Source: a virus
Reading direction: 5' to 3' (one strand)
Length of the DNA: 52,793 nt
Virus genome (UHGV): UHGV-0114819
The notes beneath the pieces are model-generated. The model saw only the letters and a program-made list of their open reading frames with translations. It had not been told where the DNA came from and ran no database searches. Shown piece by piece: positions 1-7,887 of the stretch (its first letter is position 1; each line of letters opens with the position of its first letter). Both the position numbers and the translations under genes were made by a program.

Positions 1-54
1 TTTCCTGTTGCTGATGATGCTCCCTTGTATCCTGTTGCTGATGATGCTCCGCAG
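1..54. repeat. 27-bp tandem repeat (9-aa GASSATGYK/NC unit), left contig end
   Basis: cctgttgctgatgatgctcc repeated with 27-nt period; same unit at the right end. Confidence 0.95.
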
Positions 55-398
55 TCCTCATTAGCTTCTGCTTCCGGTTTAACTCTTTCTTTCGTATATT
101 CGATAGCAGCCTGTACCAATCCGGCAATGCTCACTATTGCACCGATCTTAATCTTCGTGGATGCCACTTTCGTATCGTCAGATCTTTTCGATATCTCTCC
201 ACTCTGTTCGACTTCATGATATACACTGTGTGCCGGATCATAATATCCAAGGCAATCTAACGGATGCTCGCATGCATGGAATCCACAGCTGCACGCTTCG
301 GCTCTATCTTCTTCATATTCTTTTCCCTCTTCATACCGGAAATCTCTGCAAGTCATGTCTTTGTTGAATCCTTTATAAGCTTTTATTACTTCTCCCAC
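1..398 (-). CDS. 5' part of a DUF7666-like phage protein with GASSATG repeats (continues across the circular junction into 52793..52484; 235 aa total)
   Basis: GTG at 398 after GGAGG; reads MGEVIKAYKGFNKDMTCRDFRYEEGKEY...GFHACEHPLDCLGYY...GASSATGYKGASSATG and continues in frame (AA|C) at 52793. Missed by the ORF track because it is split. Confidence 0.8.
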   Translation of the reverse strand, partial: MGEVIKAYKGFNKDMTCRDFRYEEGKEYEEDRAEACSCGFHACEHPLDCLGYYDPAHSVYHEVEQSGEISKRSDDTKVASTKIKIGAIVSIAGLVQAAIEYTKERVKPEAEANEDCGASSATGYKGASSATG

Positions 399-508
399 TT
401 TTGTTCCTCCTAAAATCAAATTTCTTCTTTTTCTCTTTCTTCTTTCTCCACCACTCCGCAAGATATTCCTCTTGCTCTCTGTCTTCCTGTTCCTGTCTTG
501 TCACAAAG

Positions 509-661
509 TCACCTCCGAGCATCGTTCTTTTTGCTACGTCTTACTATTCTCCGCTTTTTCTTTGTTTCTCCTGGTAATTCAGCTTTAGCACTCGACCATC
601 CACAGTCTGCCAAAGGGCAGATAAAACAGTTTGGATAAGTGCATCCATCTGGTTTTGTCAT
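509..661 (-). CDS. small Cys-rich hypothetical protein (CxxxxCxxCxxxxC)
   Basis: AGGAGG RBS before ATG at 661; MTKPDGCTYPNCFICPLADC. Confidence 0.6.
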   Translation of the reverse strand: MTKPDGCTYPNCFICPLADCGWSSAKAELPGETKKKRRIVRRSKKNDARR

Positions 662-671
662 GTTTTTCCTC

Positions 672-1394
672 CTATGTAATAAGTTTTCTAGCCAGATCAT
701 TCATGTCATAGTTCCGGCCATCGAAATTGTTGAACCCTTTCTTCTCCTGTCCGCTGTCTTCATACTGTCCCTCAGACACTTTTGTAAAGTTGTTCGGTAA
801 CACAAACCAGTCAAATGTTATCTTCCAGTTTTTCACTTTTCCTTGTAAGTACTTGCTTTTCTTCACGTTATCCACAGCTTGTATCACTTCTTCCAATCCG
901 TTGCTTTCTAACCTCGCTTGCAAATTCTGGTATCTCTTAGAAGTCTTTTCTATCTTCTTTACAGGTTTTATCCCGTATCTTTCCAAATCGTTCCAGGCTT
1001 TTATGACAGCTTCAATGGATCCATCGTCTTTCTCCGACTTTTCTTCCTGTCTGGTCGGCTTATCTTTTTTTTCATTCTTCTGTTCGGTCTGGTATCTTGC
1101 ATAGTTATTCACCGTGTATACGGTATATCGGTTTGTGGTTTTGCATGTAACCTCACCTGTTTTTCTCAGATGTGAAAGTGCTGTCCTTAATTCGCTCTCA
1201 GACAGCCCTGTTTCTTTCGAAAGAACGGATATCGAAGAGACAAATGATCCTCTTTTAATCTCTTCTCCTCTGAAGCTTGCATCTTTCCAGTTGGCTTTTA
1301 ATAACATGTGTAAGAATAACCGACACGTCTTTATATCTGGATACCAGTCCCATTCCAGTATTTTTCTGCTAAGTTTTATGTAATTCTCGCTCAC
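672..1394 (-). CDS. phage replication initiator (N-terminal wHTH, DnaD/O-like)
   Basis: YIKLSRKILEWDWY...LFLHMLLKANW...IKRGSFVSS..LSKETGLS...YTVYTVNNYARYQ N-terminus and WKITFDW..PNNF.KV.EGQY C-terminus typical of Firmicutes phage initiators. Confidence 0.85.
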   Translation of the reverse strand: MSENYIKLSRKILEWDWYPDIKTCRLFLHMLLKANWKDASFRGEEIKRGSFVSSISVLSKETGLSESELRTALSHLRKTGEVTCKTTNRYTVYTVNNYARYQTEQKNEKKDKPTRQEEKSEKDDGSIEAVIKAWNDLERYGIKPVKKIEKTSKRYQNLQARLESNGLEEVIQAVDNVKKSKYLQGKVKNWKITFDWFVLPNNFTKVSEGQYEDSGQEKKGFNNFDGRNYDMNDLARKLIT

Positions 1395-1762
1395 ACCTCT
1401 TCAATATCCACCTCAATTCTTGGATTTTTCTTATCAACATAGAATTCATCCGTGAATCCCACTATGTTTTTCCAACCATCGTCCTGTAAGACTTTGGTAT
1501 CTACTAACGCATCTTGGATACACTTTCGTCCAAATGCGCTCACATTATCCAAATCCCGCCTCTTGTCCGGCTCATACCATCGGTAGTGCATCCGTACCTT
1601 TCTTGTTATTCGCAATCTTCCGAATTGCTCATATATAGCTTGCATCACACGGGATTCATTATCTTTTTTCATATCCGCTCCTTTATACCTGTTGGTATTC
1701 AATGCCCGGATATAATCATTCATGTTGTTCAGTTTCCCTTTTATGATTAGTATGTAATGCAT
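1391..1762 (-). CDS. rusA: RusA family Holliday junction resolvase
   Basis: RRDLDN...K.IQDALV...LQDD...PRIEVDI catalytic motifs. Confidence 0.85.
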   Translation of the reverse strand: MHYILIIKGKLNNMNDYIRALNTNRYKGADMKKDNESRVMQAIYEQFGRLRITRKVRMHYRWYEPDKRRDLDNVSAFGRKCIQDALVDTKVLQDDGWKNIVGFTDEFYVDKKNPRIEVDIEEV

Positions 1763-2075
1763 TGTATTCCCCCGCCATTTTCCAGCTTTTAAACGTCTGC
1801 TTCATGCACCGCCTTTTAAAAAGGCTTGCCCTCGCCCTCGAAAGCTCTGTGCCTAAATACTCTTTCAGTGCTCTTTCGTCCTCTGGATCACCCGGTATCG
1901 GTCTGAATATTCCATATCCGACATTAATGATGCAATCTCCATTGCAGTTTTCTTTCTCTATCATTTTTCGTAGTCGTCTATCAATAACAGGGTTTGCCGG
2001 ACGTTGCATGGCGTTTCTATGTCCGTCTGGTATTCGATTAAAATAGCTTTCTGCCGTCTCTCTATTCTTTCCCAC
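1716..2075 (-). CDS. hypothetical phage protein
   Basis: GTG at 2075 after GAAAGGAG; in-operon ORF. Confidence 0.6.
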   Translation of the reverse strand: MGKNRETAESYFNRIPDGHRNAMQRPANPVIDRRLRKMIEKENCNGDCIINVGYGIFRPIPGDPEDERALKEYLGTELSRARASLFKRRCMKQTFKSWKMAGEYNALHTNHKRETEQHE

Positions 2076-2216
2076 CGCTTTTCTCCTTTCTGCCGGAGTG
2101 TGGCTTCTCCGGCCGTGATACAATATCTTGTGCTGTGCATATCGAATGGGTGAGATGATATGCGTTAGAACCTGTTAATAGTTCCATTTTTGCCACATGA
2201 ATCTATATTTATTTAG

Positions 2217-2513
2217 TTACAACCTGTTCTTTCCGAACACCTGTATGAACTCTTCTCTTGTCCCGTAGTGTTCTTCAAAATATCTCTGTGCCATCTGCTT
2301 AAGTTCTAAGTCCAACCCACTGTTTGGGTTCCCGTGTACGCTTTCGGGCGTAAATTCGTGTAAATGTGGTGCTAACGGTATCACAAATCCGTATTCTTCT
2401 GATTTTTTTCTGTACGGACCATAGAAAATGTGGTGTCTGTGACAGATTGGACTTCCCGTAAAGTAGCAGTGCTCCATATCGTCAGTGAATACACTTTTAA
2501 GTCTTTTCGCCAA
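2217..2513 (-). CDS. HNH-like/Zn-binding recombination-module protein
   Basis: CYFTG...HRHHIFYG..RKKSEEYGFVIPL...H...VH motif; follows NinB-like gene. Confidence 0.6.
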   Translation of the reverse strand: MAKRLKSVFTDDMEHCYFTGSPICHRHHIFYGPYRKKSEEYGFVIPLAPHLHEFTPESVHGNPNSGLDLELKQMAQRYFEEHYGTREEFIQVFGKNRL

Positions 2514-3057
2514 TCTTCACACCCCATCTTTCTTTCATTTCGCTTATCTGGTTCGGTGTCATGGTCTCTATTCCAAGTTCTTTCGCTTCGTACACAGTCC
2601 CGTCAATCAGTTTTGACATTTCATCGGTATCATAAGTATGCGACCCTCGCATTACCAGATTCACCCGGAATACTTTCCCTTTCTGATTGGTGGTTGTCCT
2701 CGATGTCGGTTGCAGATGAACAAATTCCACATTGTATGCGTCTATATCATCGTCCAAGGGGAGTGGAACTAATGCACCGTTAATGGTTTCGTACTGTCCG
2801 TATTCCGCTATTAGCTTATTCTTTATGTATACCTTGCTGTTCCCGGTAGCATCTGCAATCTTTCCAACCAGTACATGAAAGTAAGAGTTTGCATCGAGAC
2901 TTCTTTTTTTCTTGTATGCCTTAATCGTTATTGCAATCTGCTTACCTCTAAGGTTCTCAAATGCCTGTCTTGCGTCTTCATTTAGCGTCAGACTGGCTTT
3001 TTGTTTATTGGTGGCAAAATCCACCGCTAACCCATCAAAAGTCCCTGTATAGTCCAT
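2497..3057 (-). CDS. NinB/Orf-like recombination mediator
   Basis: KKRSLDANSYFH...KIA and GSHTYDTDEMSKLID...AKELGIET motifs. Confidence 0.7.
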   Translation of the reverse strand: MDYTGTFDGLAVDFATNKQKASLTLNEDARQAFENLRGKQIAITIKAYKKKRSLDANSYFHVLVGKIADATGNSKVYIKNKLIAEYGQYETINGALVPLPLDDDIDAYNVEFVHLQPTSRTTTNQKGKVFRVNLVMRGSHTYDTDEMSKLIDGTVYEAKELGIETMTPNQISEMKERWGVKIGEKT

Positions 3058-3711
3058 TTACGCACCAAACATCTTTCTGGCTTCTTCCTGATTATCCCGA
3101 AACCACCCGTACTGCTGTTGTGTCAGATCTTCAATCTTCTGTGCACTGTATCCGGCTATAGCCTTTACTTCATCAATTTTGTTTTTTTCAAATATCTTCC
3201 GAAGTTCTTTTATCTGCCCTTGTGTAATCTTTCCGTCATTGGCTTTCTGTTCTTTCTTTCCACTGCTCTTTTTATCGGCTCCCGTCTGCTTTGCATATTC
3301 GTTCGTATCCGGGTCTTTAACATCATCCAAAAGGAACAGTGCGTTCATTGCGTATTTTCTCGCATAGCTTGATGCTGATCCAGTCACTTGCGATTCATCC
3401 ATCTTCGGTTTCGTCTCCGGCTCCCGTGCATACGCCGGAACAGATATTTCTCCACCATTTTCGCAGTCGATAAATGTTGCTGTCGATTTCACGTATACTC
3501 TTCCGGCTATCTCCACGATTTCATCTTTCAGCGTAAGAGATACATTGTATTCCCTTGAATATTTCTTGAACTCATTCAAGATACTCTCTGCGCTTCTGTA
3601 ATCGTATCCACCAAAATCGTTATGTTTGTCTTTCGGTACATCCATTCTTGTCTGGATCTCGGAAAGCTTCTCTGTGATATCAAGTTCACGTTTGCTCTTT
3701 TCTTCTGCCAT
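3058..3711 (-). CDS. erf: ERF family ssDNA-annealing recombinase
   Basis: PKDKHNDFGGYDYRSAESIL...AYARE....MDESQVTGSASSYARKYAMNALFLLDD..DPD. Confidence 0.92.
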   Translation of the reverse strand: MAEEKSKRELDITEKLSEIQTRMDVPKDKHNDFGGYDYRSAESILNEFKKYSREYNVSLTLKDEIVEIAGRVYVKSTATFIDCENGGEISVPAYAREPETKPKMDESQVTGSASSYARKYAMNALFLLDDVKDPDTNEYAKQTGADKKSSGKKEQKANDGKITQGQIKELRKIFEKNKIDEVKAIAGYSAQKIEDLTQQQYGWFRDNQEEARKMFGA

Positions 3712-4628
3712 TACACATCTTTCCTTTCAAAGTAAACGCCTAGAGAAGTTAATGCCATTTCAATCTCTTCCAGTTCTGCATCCGTAGCCTTAACCGTAAA
3801 TACTACCGTCTTCGAATCTTCCGTGGTGAGTTCCGCTGCTTTCACTTCGTCCACCGTCTTGATCTTGTCGATGACTTTCTGTTCCGCTTCTGCCTTAAGT
3901 CTTTCCTCTTCACGGATTCTGACACGCTCTTCTTCTCTTACACGCTCACGCTCTCTTTCGAGTTCACGATCACGTCTTTCCTGTTCCTCTTTCTCTTTTC
4001 TCCGTAAGATTTCCGCTTTTTCCTGTTCGTAGCGGTTAATCATCTGGATAGCAAGAGCAAGGTTGTTGTTCTCCATGTACAGGTTTAACGCCTGTTCCTC
4101 TTTTTCGGACTTCATGGCCTTAATGGTTGCAATATCCTGTCTGGTCTGCATAACCTTTAAGTTTATCTCTTCCCGGATAGATTTCATCGTGGTGGATGCA
4201 TTTGTCCACTTCTCACCGTAGATTTTTTCCAACGGAATGTAGTCATGCAGTTCTTCTTCCACCAGTTCGTTGTACAGGTTCTGGATTTCTGCTTTTTTCT
4301 CTTCTACACGTTTTGCTTCGAACTCTTTCACCTGTCCGTCAATCAGCGCGATAGGTCTATCAATCACTCCGATCAGCTCTTTTACCTTGCCCTCGAACAC
4401 TTCATAAGGCTTCATGTACTCTTTCTTCACTTCAACCTTGCGGTCGTTCACTGCCTTTCTCAGCTTTCTGAGGTCTGCCAAATCACCTTTGGCTTTCTGC
4501 TTATCCTCTTCTGCAAACTGCTTTGTCTCATACACTGCCATCTCTGTTTCAAGAGATTTCTTAATGTCCTCAAAGTTTCCGGTGATAACCCCCATCGTCT
4601 GATTTATGGTCAATTCCAATTTTTGCAT
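3711..4628 (-). CDS. DUF1351 family coiled-coil protein
   Basis: AKGDLADLRKL...VKKEYMKPYEVFE...IDGQVKEFE; usual position upstream of ERF. Confidence 0.75.
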   Translation of the reverse strand: MQKLELTINQTMGVITGNFEDIKKSLETEMAVYETKQFAEEDKQKAKGDLADLRKLRKAVNDRKVEVKKEYMKPYEVFEGKVKELIGVIDRPIALIDGQVKEFEAKRVEEKKAEIQNLYNELVEEELHDYIPLEKIYGEKWTNASTTMKSIREEINLKVMQTRQDIATIKAMKSEKEEQALNLYMENNNLALAIQMINRYEQEKAEILRRKEKEEQERRDRELERERERVREEERVRIREEERLKAEAEQKVIDKIKTVDEVKAAELTTEDSKTVVFTVKATDAELEEIEMALTSLGVYFERKDV

Positions 4629-4640
4629 TTCGTTTACCTC

Positions 4641-4793
4641 CTAAAGTTCTTTCACGATTGTTTTACACTTGTTTTTTTCTGCTACCTTGTCGGCAAGCTT
4701 ATGCACATAAGCCTTGTCCATATCTGTTTCATAGGCATATGCTCCGATACGGTATTCCAAGTCCGGTTTACAGATCATCCATATCTCTGCCAT
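4641..4793 (-). CDS. small hypothetical protein (50 aa)
   Basis: MAEIWMICKPDLEYRIGAY...; RBS GGAGGG; below ORF-track cutoff. Confidence 0.55.
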   Translation of the reverse strand: MAEIWMICKPDLEYRIGAYAYETDMDKAYVHKLADKVAEKNKCKTIVKEL

Positions 4794-4977
4794 CTTCTTT
4801 CCCTCCCGTGATCTCTTTCACGCATTCTTCACATAGTGTCTGTCCGTCAAATGTGTATAAGCTGTCACCACTGTATACAGGTCTTCCACAACATGTGCAG
4901 TATTCCTGTTTTTCTTCTTCCGGCTCCGGCGGTATGGTCTTCCAATGGTCATAGCCTTTAATGCTTTCCATCTTCAT
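4768..4977 (-). CDS. small Zn-finger protein
   Basis: YDHWKT.PPE...CxxC...CxxC. Confidence 0.65.
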   Translation of the reverse strand: MKMESIKGYDHWKTIPPEPEEEKQEYCTCCGRPVYSGDSLYTFDGQTLCEECVKEITGGKEDGRDMDDL

Positions 4978-5188
4978 CCCACCCCATCATTGCGATTATA
5001 TCTTTGCTGTCTATGTATTCATGGCTCATTACATATCTCCTTAAAGTTTCTAACTGTCCATGCATATAAGCGTATGATTCCATCACTTTTTCCGTGTTCA
5101 GTTTTTTACCAAGTTCTATATACTCCTGTAGCATTGCCCTTGTATCGTTTTCTTTTTTCTCTTCTCCCATGTTCAAATCTCCTTTCAT
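4958..5188 (-). CDS. hypothetical protein (start may be ATG at 5170)
   Basis: ORF in early operon; GAAAGGAG RBS before MGEEKK. Confidence 0.6.
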   Translation of the reverse strand: MKGDLNMGEEKKENDTRAMLQEYIELGKKLNTEKVMESYAYMHGQLETLRRYVMSHEYIDSKDIIAMMGWDEDGKH

Positions 5189-5189
5189 G

Positions 5190-5254
5190 TGTTATAATTT
5201 TCTTGAATATTTTTCTGAGTGCTTGATTGGATTTTCCATCGGCACTCTTTTTTT
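5190..5254 (+). ncRNA. candidate short antisense RNA: extended -10 promoter plus intrinsic terminator
   Basis: TGtTATAAT (TATAAT at 5193-5198); hairpin GAGTGC...GCACTC 5217-5247 then T7. Confidence 0.5.
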
Positions 5255-5336
5255 ATACACATCCGGCTATCATAACCGCCAATGCGTATAGTGTTACCAC
5301 AAGTGCTATTCTGTAGTAGTTAAGCTTGTCTTCCAT
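5253..5336 (-). CDS. 27-aa single-TM peptide
   Basis: MEDKLNYYRIALVVTLYALAVMIAGCV; AGGAGGT RBS. Confidence 0.6.
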   Translation of the reverse strand: MEDKLNYYRIALVVTLYALAVMIAGCV

Positions 5337-5348
5337 GCTCTCTACCTC

Positions 5349-5456
5349 CTACCCGATCATAAGTATCAGCATTGCAATGAATGTGACAAACCATAAGCAA
5401 CGCCAAAAGATTAGTTTTCTTTTCAACTTGCGGATGATCTCTGTTGCCATTGTCAT
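5349..5456 (-). CDS. 35-aa single-TM peptide
   Basis: MTMATEIIRKLKRKLIFWRCLWFVTFIAMLILMIG; AGGAGG RBS. Confidence 0.6.
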   Translation of the reverse strand: MTMATEIIRKLKRKLIFWRCLWFVTFIAMLILMIG

Positions 5457-5483
5457 ACGTGTTTTTCCTCCTGTTCCTCAGAT

Positions 5484-5590
5484 TTGCGAATTACAGGAGA
5501 ATGTGTTATAATAAACCTGTATTCGCTAAGTGTTCTTTAGCGGTACACCGCCCTGTCTGGTATGTCGGTACCAGCGGGGCACTTTTTACG
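5484..5590 (+). ncRNA. candidate antisense sRNA with sigma70 promoter
   Basis: TTGCGA(5484)-17bp-TATAAT(5507) with TG extension; hairpins CGCTAA/TTAGCG and GCCCTG..CTGGTA/TACCAG.CGGGGC followed by T-rich tail. Confidence 0.5.
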
Positions 5591-5624
5591 CCTTTTTTAT
5601 CGTCAGACCGATTGTGTCTGACAT

Positions 5625-5940
5625 ATATCTATATTCTTTTTATTCTTATTCTTCTTTATATTCTTCTATTGTTGTCAACTGGCTTGCGAATTGATTGTTA
5701 ATTGATTGTTATGTGGCTTGCTAACCGTTTTCACTTGACAAGCAGTTTTGCCTTATTTTTCAAGGGTTTTAGCTTGTCATTTGCTTGTCAACTGGCTTGT
5801 CAAAATTTTCGATTTTTTGAAAATTTCTTTAATTTTGGCTTGTCAATTGATTGTTATCTGAGTGTCGTTTGGCTTGCGACCAGTTGCCGTTTTGCCCTTA
5901 TTTTTCAAGGGTTGTGGCTTGCTAAGTGGCTTGCGATTTG
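5625..5940. repeat. candidate replication origin: about a dozen 11-bp iterons, AT-rich tract and a 24/25-bp direct repeat
   Basis: T(G/T)G(C/A)TTG(T/C)NAN tandem copies (TGGCTTGCGAA, TTGATTGTTAA, TTGCTTGTCAA, TGGCTTGTCAA...); GTTTTGCC(C)TTATTTTTCAAGGGTT at 5745 and 5889. Confidence 0.7.
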
Positions 5941-6009
5941 ACCAAAAATCAACTGCTATTTTCGCATTTACCTTTTCAATAATTTGAATACATTGAAAAA
6001 TAAATATTT

Positions 6010-6681
6010 TTAAGCTTTTTTACTGCCTTTCGTACCTGTTTTTTTCACCTTTTTATGTACGTTATTACCGCCAATGATGTTCCCGTTTTTGTCCAGTTCG
6101 TCCCAAACATAGCGTCCTTTGCCGGAGTTTCGCCACTGTGAAAAACCTCTCAATTCTCCGTAGTCAAGCCATTCTTTTATGAGTTTTACATGACTGTCTA
6201 ACATGCACTGAACAGTAAATTCCATTGTTGTGCCAACCGGAACGGTCTCTGAACATGCAAGGGATATTCTTTCTCCCTGTGGTGTGTTTGCCCGAAGCGG
6301 TCTCTGACACGTTCCCATATCCCCGTCAAAAATCAGTGGAATTTTGCGCTCTTTCACAAAAATAAGACCGTCAATCTCCTTTTTGTACGCTTTGATTTTT
6401 GATGATTCACTACCTTTAACCTTGCGGAGCATTCCGCATGAATCTTTGAACATTCCTTTTATCTGGTAGTCATATACGAACGGTTTTCCGTCTTCGTATT
6501 TGTGGAAAATCGTCATTGATTTCTCTTCTACTGCATCTACACCCAGTGTTGCTACTTCATCCTCACGTGATGGTGCATCCGGTGCCTTTGATGCGATATA
6601 AGTCCGGTGAATCTCCTTATCCGCACACTGAGAACCTAATACTTCCTCGGTGAACGTTATTCTTACTTTTAATTCTTTCAT
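6010..6681 (-). CDS. stand-alone Cas7/RAMP-like protein (candidate Vipr-type RNA-binding effector), 223 aa
   Basis: ATG at 6681 after AAGGAG. RAMP-like motifs in order: KELKVRITFTEEVLG, PFVYDYQIKGMFKD, SETVPVGTTMEFTVQ and Gly-rich loop GELRGFSQWRNSGKGRY. Confidence 0.75.
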   Translation of the reverse strand: MKELKVRITFTEEVLGSQCADKEIHRTYIASKAPDAPSREDEVATLGVDAVEEKSMTIFHKYEDGKPFVYDYQIKGMFKDSCGMLRKVKGSESSKIKAYKKEIDGLIFVKERKIPLIFDGDMGTCQRPLRANTPQGERISLACSETVPVGTTMEFTVQCMLDSHVKLIKEWLDYGELRGFSQWRNSGKGRYVWDELDKNGNIIGGNNVHKKVKKTGTKGSKKA

Positions 6682-6710
6682 GATGCTTTTTCTCCTTTTC
6701 AATTTGTTTT

Positions 6711-7097
6711 GGTTGCTCTGCTGAGCTAAGCATTTCTGTTCCATTTCATGGCTTTTCTTCTCTGTTCCATTTCTCGTCTGCGCCCCTCCGTTCTGTGCCC
6801 TTCCATCTCCTATCACCTCTATGCCCTTCATCTCCTATCACCTCTATGCCCTTCCGTTTCTACGCTATTCCAACTCACATCAACTCTGCGCTGCTCCATG
6901 CTATTCCGTTTCAGAGCTTCTCTCTTCAATTCCTTATCTTTTCGTGTCTGTTCATGCTGATCTGATACTTTTCTTATCCGTGCTAAGCGTCACAAAGCCA
7001 TATCATTTCTTTTCTTGTCTCTGCCATTCATTTCCGTCTCAGTTACATTCAGTGCTTAACATTTCAGCTCCATAGCCTATCATCTCTTGGCTCTTCC
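6711..7097 (-). ncRNA. pentamer-periodic (DGM-NN) array upstream of Cas7-like gene; candidate guide-RNA array
   Basis: About 12 units, mostly beginning GGA, lengths 26,36,36,36,30,26,36,16,51,36,26,32; G at position 2 of nearly every pentamer. Confidence 0.75.
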
Positions 7098-7183
7098 ATT
7101 GCATGTTGTCTTTTCTTCTGGATTCTCCTATACTGTTTATACAGGCACTGCCATGCCGAGTAATCCAGAAAGGAGTTTCAATT

Positions 7184-7390
7184 ATGGTATTAAGTACTAA
7201 TGCAGAAAATTTCTTAAAATACCTTTTGGATATCTATAAAGATACAAAAGAAAATAAGTTTTATTATTTCTCTTACATGGATTTCCCTAATCATGATTCT
7301 GCAATAGAGGAATTAGTCGAGAATCACTGCATCCATAAAACAAATAACATCAATGGGTGTATCAAAATCTCAGAAGATATTCTTCTTTAA
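7184..7390 (+). CDS. moron-like hypothetical protein (68 aa, possible wHTH), counter-oriented
   Basis: own TATACT -10 and GAAAGGAG RBS; AT-rich. Confidence 0.65.
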   Translation: MVLSTNAENFLKYLLDIYKDTKENKFYYFSYMDFPNHDSAIEELVENHCIHKTNNINGCIKISEDILL

Positions 7391-7665
7391 TCATTTCCCT
7401 GAGTGTCCTTGCTATCAGCCATTTCAGCAACTTCGCTCAGGGTTTCCCTTTTGCTGTTTACTAATTCCACAAACTGTTCAAATTCAATACCACCATCAAA
7501 AGAAAATTCTTGAATATTGATTCTCATGTCTACAGTCGGACACAACTCTCCGCTTTCATTTCTTGCGTGATAGTTCAGGTCTTCTATGCCGTTTGTGATG
7601 TATTTACCATCAATGAAAACGTTTGTGCTCTTTCCTATCTGCACCAATGCAAATTTAGGATTCAT
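7387..7665 (-). CDS. hypothetical protein
   Basis: AAGGAGGT RBS; 92 aa. Confidence 0.65.
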   Translation of the reverse strand: MNPKFALVQIGKSTNVFIDGKYITNGIEDLNYHARNESGELCPTVDMRINIQEFSFDGGIEFEQFVELVNSKRETLSEVAEMADSKDTQGND

Positions 7666-7678
7666 GTTGTAACCTCCT

Positions 7679-7843
7679 TTAATTAAACTTTGCTCTGGCA
7701 GACATCAGCTCAGCCAGAGCTTTTGTCATTTCGGCCAATTCCTGACTTTCATAAATAGATGCAACACGTTCTGTTTCTTTCTGCAAAAAGTTACACAGTT
7801 TTTCAATGGTGTTATCTACTTTTAAAAGTTTGTCCTGTTCCAT
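7679..7843 (-). CDS. small hypothetical protein (54 aa)
   Basis: MEQDKLLKVDNTIEKLCNFLQ...; GGGAGGTG RBS. Confidence 0.6.
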   Translation of the reverse strand: MEQDKLLKVDNTIEKLCNFLQKETERVASIYESQELAEMTKALAELMSARAKFN

Positions 7844-7887
7844 GTTGTCACCTCCCTGTATTCAATTGTTATGTACTCCGGCATCCC

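Noticed and set aside
1..54. Physical direct terminal repeats or att sites
   Set aside because: The shared sequence is an intragenic tandem repeat where the assembly was opened.
5444..5941. Plus-strand ORFs across the iteron region
   Set aside because: The repeated WLA/LAC peptides come from the DNA repeats; no RBS.
6682..6831. 50-aa N-terminal extension of the Cas7-like ORF in the ORF track
   Set aside because: It is a translation of the pentamer array; the AAGGAG RBS precedes ATG 6681.
6711..7097. Classical CRISPR array next to a Cas7-like gene
   Set aside because: No constant 25-40 bp repeat with unique spacers; the structure is period-5 and degenerate.
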